Positions 56,906-64,000 of a DNA stretch of 64,000 nucleotides are shown in pieces. Made by a program: the position numbers and the translations under genes. The notes under the pieces are model-generated. The model saw nothing but the letters and a program-made list of their open reading frames with translations, was not told the origin of the DNA and did no database searches. Positions within the stretch are counted from its first letter, which is position 1, and the number at the start of each line of letters is the position of its first letter. Source of the stretch: Lachnospiraceae bacterium (lineage in GTDB: Bacteria; Bacillota; Clostridia; Lachnospirales; Lachnospiraceae); assembly GCA_017395635.1 (NCBI GenBank), contig JAFQOE010000058.1, forward strand, positions 92,202 through 156,201. The letters are read 5' to 3'.

Positions 56906-58600
56906 GTGAAAAAAATAGATCTAAAGGTGAAATTACAGTGGAATTGGTATAAAGCAGCTCTAATAGGAACGGCTATTGCTGTATTGTTGGCGCCGACTAC
57001 CGGAGCATTGGTGGAAGTGAATCAGCAGGATTTGGAAGAGAACCCGATTATTTCAGCCATTACGAATATTTCATTTGGACCGAAGACGAAAGTTATGCTA
57101 AATGGTGATGTGGTGGCTTTGGCAAAAAGCGAAGAGGCAGCTAAAGAGGCTTACAAAGAGGCTCGTTTAGCTTATAACGCAGATGGCGTGAAGCTTCTTG
57201 ATGTGGATGTTGACTACGAAGTGGTGGATAAGGAAAAAGATAAAGAAGCCGTTAAGGGTATGAAGCTACTTCGCAATGAGAAACTTACAACAGCCATTTT
57301 GGAGAGCTTTGACAAATATGGAGAGAAAGATAAATCCATTGCATATACTATGCGAATTGATGATTATACGGTGACAGTTAGCAATATGTCGGATGTTGTT
57401 TCCATGCTAGAGGAAGCACAGGGGAAGTATGATGAAAAGGATAGATTTGAGGTATCGCTAGACCTTCCTAAGAACCGTAATGTTATGATGTATGAAGTAC
57501 AGGTTGGGGAGAAAGCTACGAAAGAAGAGTCGGATGCACAGGTTTCGACAGAGGCAGAGAATACTGGTGAAGGCTCTGTCGAAGAATCAGAAAGCCAGAA
57601 TGACCAAGCTGTTGGAGAGGAAACAACTTCACAAGACCAGCCAGAATCTGCAACGGAACAGGTTGACGCTGATGTAGCCGCTCAGGGTGTAAATGATGGT
57701 GTCAAATATGTTGGATTCTCAGAAAAAATTCAGGTTATGGAAACTTATGTAGATAAAGATAAGATTTCAGATAGAGCTACTGCTTATAGTGAGCTTACGG
57801 TTGAGAATCAAGAACCAACGATTTATGTGGTACAGCCAGGAGATAGTCTTTCCGGAATTGCGGCGAAATATGATATGTCTGTGGAAGATGTGAAAGCATT
57901 GAATCCGGGAATTGAATCGGATGATAACATTTATTATGATGATCGTCTGACCGTTTCTGTTCCATCTGCTGCAGTGCAGATTATGGTGCAAAAGCAGGTT
58001 ACTTATAAGGAAGATTATTATGCAGACGTTGTCTATGAAGATGACGGGGAGATGTATATTGGTGAGTCGGAAGTGATTCAAGACGGACAAGCGGGAACCC
58101 ATACGGTTACAGATTTGGTTACTTACATGGGGGATACGGAATATGAAAGAGAGCAGTTGGAAGAAACGGTTCAGGTTGCAGCAGTTGCCCAGATTGTAAA
58201 ACGTGGAACCAAATCAAAGCCAACTTATATGTATCCATGTACTAACTGGAACATTACTTCGCGTTATGGATATCGTTGGGGACGTTTACATGCCGGTACA
58301 GATGTCGGTGTGCCGATTGGAACAACGGTAAGAGCTTCTCGTGGTGGACAGGTTACGGTTTCCGGCTGGGTAGGTGGTTATGGTAACTGTGTTATGATTG
58401 ACCATGGTGATGGTGTGGTTACGGTATATGGTCACTTGAATGAATGTCTGGTAAGTGTCGGACAGTATGTAAATCAGGGAGAGACCATTGCACTTTCGGG
58501 TAACACAGGACGTAGTACAGGACCACATTTACATTTTGAGATTCGTATTGGTGGTGTGGCGGTAGACCCGGAACCATACCTTGCAGGAACGGCACAATAA
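56906..58600 (+). CDS. Cell-wall hydrolase: LysM + G5 + M23 metallopeptidase
   Basis: YVVQPGDSLSGIAAKYDMSVEDVKALNP (LysM), G5-like segment, HAGTDVGVP...GNTGRSTGPHLHFEIR (M23). Confidence 0.9.
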   Translation: MKKIDLKVKLQWNWYKAALIGTAIAVLLAPTTGALVEVNQQDLEENPIISAITNISFGPKTKVMLNGDVVALAKSEEAAKEAYKEARLAYNADGVKLLDVDVDYEVVDKEKDKEAVKGMKLLRNEKLTTAILESFDKYGEKDKSIAYTMRIDDYTVTVSNMSDVVSMLEEAQGKYDEKDRFEVSLDLPKNRNVMMYEVQVGEKATKEESDAQVSTEAENTGEGSVEESESQNDQAVGEETTSQDQPESATEQVDADVAAQGVNDGVKYVGFSEKIQVMETYVDKDKISDRATAYSELTVENQEPTIYVVQPGDSLSGIAAKYDMSVEDVKALNPGIESDDNIYYDDRLTVSVPSAAVQIMVQKQVTYKEDYYADVVYEDDGEMYIGESEVIQDGQAGTHTVTDLVTYMGDTEYEREQLEETVQVAAVAQIVKRGTKSKPTYMYPCTNWNITSRYGYRWGRLHAGTDVGVPIGTTVRASRGGQVTVSGWVGGYGNCVMIDHGDGVVTVYGHLNECLVSVGQYVNQGETIALSGNTGRSTGPHLHFEIRIGGVAVDPEPYLAGTAQ

Positions 58601-58678
58601 ATTAAATATATGATAGGATATAATGAAAGGGCTTGTGGATAATTCGTTGTTCAACAGGCATTTTAAAAGGTAGTTAAG

Positions 58679-59161
58679 ATGTATTTTCAAAAAGCAACAA
58701 TAGAAGAAGTCAATGAAATATCTATGTTATATCATGCAGCCATCGGAACCGATGGCTGTACTTGGTCGTTGGATTATCCCAATGCGGAAATTACCCGTGG
58801 AGATTTAGAACGTGGAGACTTGTTTTGTATGAAGACAGAAAGCGGTGAAATTGTGGGAGCGATTTCTGTAGATGATGACAAAGAAGTGGAAGCGTTGCCA
58901 TGTTGGTCAGTGCATTGGAAGCCGGTAGCCGAATTGTCCCGTCTGGTAGTAAAGGAAAATTATCGAAATCAGAGTGTGGCAAGAAAGTTATTATCTTGTG
59001 CAATGGAAGAATTAAGAAAACGAGGTTACAAGGGAGTTCATTTCCTTGTGAGTCCGGGAAATGAAAGAGCACTTCGCTCCTATGCAAAGTTGGAATTTAC
59101 CAATTGCGGAGAGTGTGATTTGTATGACCATCATTGGTTTTGTTATGAGAAGCAATTATAG
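58679..59161 (+). CDS. GNAT-family N-acetyltransferase
   Basis: LVVKENYRNQSVARKLLSCAMEELRKRGYKGVHFLVSPGNERALRSYAKLEF. Confidence 0.8.
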   Translation: MYFQKATIEEVNEISMLYHAAIGTDGCTWSLDYPNAEITRGDLERGDLFCMKTESGEIVGAISVDDDKEVEALPCWSVHWKPVAELSRLVVKENYRNQSVARKLLSCAMEELRKRGYKGVHFLVSPGNERALRSYAKLEFTNCGECDLYDHHWFCYEKQL

Positions 59162-59210
59162 TATACAATCAAGGTACTGAAGAGATACGTCGGAACACTA
59201 TAAATGCAAC

Positions 59211-59281
59211 AAAAAAAGACATGTCATATGGTCAATGTCATTCAGTTAAGAAGATATTGATTATATGGTATGTCCTTTTTT
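59211..59281 (+). terminator. Long A-run/T-run hairpin between convergent genes, stable only as plus-strand RNA
   Basis: 18-bp stem GACATGTCATATGGTCAA / TTGATTATATGGTATGTC with four G-U pairs. These would be C-A mismatches on the minus strand. Confidence 0.6.
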
Positions 59282-59295
59282 GTGTTTTAGATTCA

Positions 59296-59523
59296 TTAAT
59301 CCTCAGAATTGTCTTTTTTCTTTTTCTTCTTTTTAGAAGAAGTGTGGTTGTGGGTATAACTTAATCCGGTGCCAGGAATGCCGATGGTTGTGGTTCTCTT
59401 ACCTGTGGTACTGATAGTATGACGAGCCCCTCTTTTACCAATCGATATGCTGGCACTTTTCTTGCCTAGATTAACTTTGACACCCGGTAGGATTGTGAAA
59501 CTTTTTCTGAAATTAAGCCCCAT
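59296..59523 (-). CDS. DUF4236-like small basic protein (75 aa)
   Basis: ATG 59523 after AAAGGAGG. MGLNFRKSFTILPGVKVNLGKKSASISIGKRGARHTISTTGKRTTTIGIPGTGLSYT. The upstream part of the ORF-track ORF is repeat sequence. Confidence 0.7.
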   Translation of the reverse strand: MGLNFRKSFTILPGVKVNLGKKSASISIGKRGARHTISTTGKRTTTIGIPGTGLSYTHNHTSSKKKKKKKDNSED

Positions 59524-59536
59524 AATATGCGCCTCC

Positions 59537-59668
59537 TTTTGTGTTGACAATGAGCCAAGTGGATTCATGCTTGTATGAAAATCCATTTGGCGAATGTACA
59601 TCACTGAGCATGCTTTGCATGCGATGTGTGGTGTTAACTAAATCGAGTAGGAGTCAGCCTACTCGATT
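59537..59668 (-). repeat. Mosaic hairpin repeat family R1, copy B (inverted relative to 16433-16564)
   Basis: The reverse complement aligns to copy A over the whole length with a few substitutions. It abuts the RBS of the DUF4236 gene. Confidence 0.8.
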
Positions 59669-59679
59669 ATAGATTGTAG

Positions 59680-59885
59680 TAGGTAATTGCGAAACTCAAG
59701 TTGGTGTTGTAATGCTTGTGCAAATTTAACATACCAACGCAGGACGTTTGCACTTGCCACAATGCGTAACGGTACTAAGTTCGACAAAGTCTCACTAAGT
59801 ACCGACGGATTGTGAAGCACCTGCTTATGGTATTGTTAAACTTGCACAAGGCAATGACAGTTTTTGTGAGTTTCGCCATTATTGA
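59680..59885. mobile_element. Foldback MITE copy 3 (degenerate right end, no recognisable TSD)
   Basis: TAGGTAATTGCGAAACTC ... GAGTTTCGCCATTATTGA. Same conserved core as copies 1 and 2, with a 1-nt deletion (GGTA-TTGTTAAAC). Confidence 0.75.
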
Positions 59886-60054
59886 CAATATCGGACATTA
59901 TTTGGTTGATTGTGGGTAGCTTCAAATTACCTTATGACAAGAATATCATATCAAGAAGAATAATAAAAGGAAAAAAATAGATATATCCATTTAAGGATTA
60001 TTTAATAATTTCCGCTGTATGATAGCAACAGGAAATGAGAGAAGGGAGTTTATT

Positions 60055-62442
60055 ATGAATCTAAAAATATTAAAAAAAGACTTAAAACGCAAGAAATCCA
60101 TGAATTTCATTCTGTTGTTATTTGTTATACTTGCGACCACATTTATTGCGGCCAGTGTGAACAATATGAAGATTATCACAACGGGGCTTGACAACTATTT
60201 TGAAATGTCGGGTGTATGTGATTATCTAATTAATACAATGAGTGGAATGAATGGTGAACCTACGGACAATGACTTAAGAATTGAAGAGTTCTTAGAAGAT
60301 AGTGAATTGGTCAGTCATTATGAGGTAGATGATGGGTTGATGATTTTTGAGAATCAGCTGGAAGATATGGGTGATTCCCAATTGAAGATTGATAGTACTT
60401 TTGCGGTGTTCAGTATTGAGAGTAATCAGCAAAACTATTTTGATGAGAATAATCAAATCCTGACAGAAATTCAGGCAGGGGAGATGTATATTCCAAAGAA
60501 ATTGTTAAGTGATACCTTTCAGGTTGGAGATAGCATTTATATCAAATCCGGAGATTATAAGAAGAAGTTCACAATAAAGGGAACGGTTAAGGACATCATT
60601 CTGGGTGGAGAACTGATGGGAATGAATCGAGTTTTAGTTGGCCAGAAGGATTTTGATGAGTTGGTGAAACATGGTGAGTTTGTATCTCAAAAAATGTATG
60701 GTGTCTATACAGAGGATGTGGATGCGTTTTATCAAGAATATGTGGATAAAGGCTTCTATATCCTGTTTAACGGAGATATGGATTTAATTCGTACTACTTA
60801 TTTTGTGGATATGATGGTTGCAGCCATTTTGTTGGCAGTAAGTATTTGTCTCATTCTGATTTCAGCCGTTATGCTTCGCTTTACTATTCTCTTTACTGTT
60901 AATGAGGACTACAAAGAAATTGGAATTATGAAGGCAATTGGTATACCGGAGAAAGCTATTCGCTCTTTGTACGTGGTAAAGTATCTGGTGATTTCTGTTG
61001 TTGGTGCGATAATTGGATTTTTTGTCAGCATTCCTTTTACGGATTTGCTTGTTTCCAATGTGGTTAAAAATATTGTGGTAGAGATGGGAAATAATAATTA
61101 CATAACAGCGGGAATAACTAGTATGGCAGTCGTTTTGGTTATTGTGTGGTTTGCTTATCTTAGTACAGGACGAATTAAGAAAGCCACGCCTATGGATGCA
61201 ATTCGCAGTGGTAATAATGGGGAACGTTTTGCGAAAAAGAGTGTTTTTAGTATGAGCAAGACTGGAATGCGCCCTACTACATTTATGGCGATTAATGATG
61301 TTTTATGCGAGTTAAAAAAATATATTGTACTGGTACTTACGGGAATGATTGGTGTATGGCTTGTGGTAATGCTAGTTAATACCATCAATACATTGCAGTC
61401 AGAAAAGATAGCTGCTTGGTTTGCATTAGCACCATGTGATTTCTTTATTTTGGAACAAAGTCGTGTAGAAGAAAATGTGGCACTAGCGAATAGACAGGTT
61501 TATGAAGACTATCTAGAGGAATTGAAAGGACGATTAGAGGATATTGATGTAGATGTGGATCATACGTTTACAGAGGTAGTGTTAAAATATAAAATCAGCA
61601 AAGGTGATTTGTCCTATAATTCAATGGCATTGATGGGTCTTGGAGCAGACACAGAAGTGTATATGTATGATGAGGGCGTGGCACCGAAGGAAAAGAATGA
61701 GGTTGCGATTACCCATATGGTAGCAGAAAAGATAGATGCGCAAATCGGGGATACTGTTTACGTTAATATGTATGGTGAAGAGAGACCATTTATTGTGACA
61801 GCTGTATACCAAAGTATGAACAATATGGGTGAAGGGATTCGCTTTGCGGAAACTGCGGATGTGGATTTTGCAGCTATCTCTGGAGCATTTGGTGTACAAG
61901 TGGTGTTGGATGGTGATATGTCGAAGGAAGAAGTTTTAGATACCATAGACAAAGTGTCGAAAGAAATGCCAGAGGCAGAAATTGAGACAACACAGGAATT
62001 CCTTGATGATATGATAGGTGGAATTTCTGATATGTTAAAATCCGTAAAAACATTGATTATGACTATTGTCATTATTATCAATATTCTTGCCATGGTACTG
62101 ATGCAGAAAATGTTCCTGATTCGCGAGCAGGGTGAAATAGGAATGCTAAAGGCAATAGGATTTTCTAATGCTTCGCTTATAAGTTGGCAGACAAAAAGAA
62201 TGGCGTTGGTGTTGCTTGTTGGAGTATTGCTTGGCGTGGTAACAGGAACTCCGGTTACACAACTCACCTCTGGTCAGGTGTTTAAATATATGGGTGCTTC
62301 TAAGATAGAATTTGTAATTAATCCGTTGGAGATTTATGTGTTATATCCGGTAGCGATTTGGGTGGTAACAGTAGTAGCATGCATGATTACTATGCTACAA
62401 GTAAGAAAAGTGGATGTGGATAGCATTAAAGAAATAGAGTAA
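60055..62442 (+). CDS. FtsX-domain ABC transporter permease (two FtsX modules, large extracytoplasmic loops)
   Basis: ATG 60055 after GAGAAGGGAG. MNLKILKKDLKRKKSMNFILLLFVILATTF, repeated 4-TM FtsX-like blocks, EIGIMKAIG / EIGMLKAIG motifs. Confidence 0.85.
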   Translation: MNLKILKKDLKRKKSMNFILLLFVILATTFIAASVNNMKIITTGLDNYFEMSGVCDYLINTMSGMNGEPTDNDLRIEEFLEDSELVSHYEVDDGLMIFENQLEDMGDSQLKIDSTFAVFSIESNQQNYFDENNQILTEIQAGEMYIPKKLLSDTFQVGDSIYIKSGDYKKKFTIKGTVKDIILGGELMGMNRVLVGQKDFDELVKHGEFVSQKMYGVYTEDVDAFYQEYVDKGFYILFNGDMDLIRTTYFVDMMVAAILLAVSICLILISAVMLRFTILFTVNEDYKEIGIMKAIGIPEKAIRSLYVVKYLVISVVGAIIGFFVSIPFTDLLVSNVVKNIVVEMGNNNYITAGITSMAVVLVIVWFAYLSTGRIKKATPMDAIRSGNNGERFAKKSVFSMSKTGMRPTTFMAINDVLCELKKYIVLVLTGMIGVWLVVMLVNTINTLQSEKIAAWFALAPCDFFILEQSRVEENVALANRQVYEDYLEELKGRLEDIDVDVDHTFTEVVLKYKISKGDLSYNSMALMGLGADTEVYMYDEGVAPKEKNEVAITHMVAEKIDAQIGDTVYVNMYGEERPFIVTAVYQSMNNMGEGIRFAETADVDFAAISGAFGVQVVLDGDMSKEEVLDTIDKVSKEMPEAEIETTQEFLDDMIGGISDMLKSVKTLIMTIVIIINILAMVLMQKMFLIREQGEIGMLKAIGFSNASLISWQTKRMALVLLVGVLLGVVTGTPVTQLTSGQVFKYMGASKIEFVINPLEIYVLYPVAIWVVTVVACMITMLQVRKVDVDSIKEIE

Positions 62443-62522
62443 TTCTTTAGTATAGGACGTAGATGTTTTGTACGTCACTTGTGATGGTAGAAATGGAAAG
62501 AGTTTGAAGGAGGAAAAGAATC

Positions 62523-63299
62523 ATGGCAAATGCTTTAGTAGTGAAAGATTTATGTAAAACATATATTACGAACAAAAGACAGAACAACGTATTAAAAAAC
62601 GTGAATTTCAATATAGAAGAAGGAGAAATGGTAGCAATTATGGGACCTTCTGGTTCTGGTAAATCTACGTTATTGTATAGTGTATCCGGAATGGATAGAC
62701 CAACTGCGGGAGAGGTGTTGTTGAGCAATAAGAAGATTACGGATTTGAATGAAACTGAGCTTGCAAAGGTGCGTTTGAATGAAATGGGCTTTATTTTTCA
62801 GCAAATGCATATGTTGAAAAATCTGTCGGTAATGGATAATATTTTGCTCCCGGCATATCAATCCAAGGAGGGAAAGCGTAGTAGGGAAGAAATCAATGAG
62901 TATTGTAAAGAATTGATGCGAAAGTTGGAAATTAGTGATGTTGCGGATAATGATATCACAGAGGTTTCCGGCGGACAGTTGCAAAGAGCCTGCATTTGTA
63001 GAAGTTTAATGAACAAGCCGAAGATTCTGTTTGCAGATGAGCCTACGGGAGCGTTGAATCGCAGTTCTTCCGATGAGGTTATGGAAATGCTTAACCGAAT
63101 TAATGAAGAAGGAACAACCATAATGTTAGTTACTCATGATATGAAGGTTGCAGCTAATTGTAGTAGAATTTTGTATATCGAAGATGGTAATATAAAAGGA
63201 GAGTTGAAATTAGAAAAAGATGCGACAAATTCTTCTGAAGGTGGTAAGAAAGACAGGGAGCGTAAAGTAAATAATTGGCTTATCGAGATGGGATGGTAG
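62523..63299 (+). CDS. ABC transporter ATP-binding protein (MacB/LolD-like)
   Basis: GPSGSGKST, VSGGQLQR, ILFADEPT, VTHD. Confidence 0.95.
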   Translation: MANALVVKDLCKTYITNKRQNNVLKNVNFNIEEGEMVAIMGPSGSGKSTLLYSVSGMDRPTAGEVLLSNKKITDLNETELAKVRLNEMGFIFQQMHMLKNLSVMDNILLPAYQSKEGKRSREEINEYCKELMRKLEISDVADNDITEVSGGQLQRACICRSLMNKPKILFADEPTGALNRSSSDEVMEMLNRINEEGTTIMLVTHDMKVAANCSRILYIEDGNIKGELKLEKDATNSSEGGKKDRERKVNNWLIEMGW

Positions 63300-63562
63300 A
63301 TTGATGCGAACCATTTTCAAATGAGCGCGGAATTGTTACAACATTATTATATTGATTGGAGTTAATCTGATAGTAATAATATACTTGAGATAATTTGCTG
63401 ACTGTGTTATGTTGAATATGTGCATAGGTGATGAATTGTTGCAAGTCAATATTACGGAAGAATTGAATATGATTACAATGAAGGTGTTATATCGTATGAC
63501 TATTTTACGTATGGTTATTAATCCGCTATAATACCATTAATTGGTGGAAAGGCGGTGGAAGG

Positions 63563-63754
63563 ATGAACGATATGTCAGATAAAGAATTGTTACAGAAGAA
63601 TATTGAAGAATTTTCAAGACTTCAAAGTTATATGGTTTTAGTTGATAAGGATTCTGATGCATATAAAGCAATCAAAGTGAGATATATTGAATTAAAAGTT
63701 ATTCTTACTGCTTCGGGTGTGAATTTAACAGATCTTGATATTATTAAAGAGTAA
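63563..63754 (+). CDS. Small hypothetical protein (60-63 aa)
   Basis: ORF with GGTGGAAGG upstream (start at 63563 or 63572) and followed by a terminator. No motif recognised. Confidence 0.45.
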   Translation: MNDMSDKELLQKNIEEFSRLQSYMVLVDKDSDAYKAIKVRYIELKVILTASGVNLTDLDIIKE

Positions 63755-63763
63755 GACATAAGA

Positions 63764-63791
63764 GGGTAGAATGATGAAATTCTACCCTTTT
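63764..63791 (+). terminator. Intrinsic terminator
   Basis: GGGTAGAAT-GATGAA-ATTCTACCC followed by TTTT. Confidence 0.8.
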
Positions 63792-63812
63792 GCTATATAG
63801 GAGAGGAATAGG

Positions 63813-64000
63813 ATGGATATATTAATTGTAGAAGATAATCAAGAAATTGGTGGTTTACTTTCTGATTTTTTAGAAGCGGAAGGTTATGATGTCTACCTTG
63901 CCTTAAGTGGTGAGGAAGCATTAGAAGTCTATGCGCAGGAAGGTGCGAAATTGGTAGTGCTGGATATTATGCTGCCGGGAATGGATGGGTTTGCTGTTTG
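63813..64000 (+). CDS. Response regulator receiver domain, 5' part (runs off the window)
   Basis: MDILIVEDNQEIGGLLSDFLEAEGYDV...LDIMLPGMDGF. RBS GGAGAGGAA. Confidence 0.85.
   Translation, partial: MDILIVEDNQEIGGLLSDFLEAEGYDVYLALSGEEALEVYAQEGAKLVVLDIMLPGMDGFAV

Overview
A low-GC Firmicutes chromosomal segment, Clostridia/Lachnospiraceae-like by gene content and RBS style. It is mostly housekeeping. Gene blocks in order: (1) the distal part of a Tad/Flp pilus locus (Flp prepilin, TadE-like pseudopilins, FHA protein), followed by hicAB; (2) capA, then dnaX-ybaB-recR-pfkA; (3) a pyruvate formate-lyase locus on the minus strand; (4) an MFS transporter, an orphan polytopic membrane protein and a WYL regulator next to a 1206-aa LRR/transglutaminase surface protein; (5) an Rpn-type nuclease, nhaC, mecA, an amidase and a C1 peptidase; (6) tsaC-rpiB and a complete F1Fo ATP synthase operon (atpZ-I-B-E-F-H-A-G-D-C); (7) a small AT-rich accessory islet; (8) a two-component system, cell-wall and miscellaneous genes, and an FtsX-type ABC transporter. 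No tRNA, rRNA or CRISPR array was seen. Most notable observations: (a) the PFL is split. The 679-aa catalytic barrel lacks the glycyl-radical domain, which sits in a separate 80-aa cistron, and a 71-aa Cys-containing paralog of the domain's N-terminus lies between them. (b) A ~207-bp foldback MITE occurs in three copies. Two copies have clean 10-12 bp target-site duplications; one sits inside the tad operon and one sits 32 nt upstream of pflA. (c) The islet after atpC holds two 2-gene cassettes, each preceded by the same ~60-nt promoter-like module: a secreted basic-tail protein with a tandem-domain partner, and a split HipA kinase with a HipS/HipT-like layout and no HipB. (d) There are several intergenic hairpin repeat families, a ~310-nt imperfect palindrome, and a 1.3-kb gene-free gap with orphan terminators. 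Product calls come from motif recognition by eye. No database search was run.
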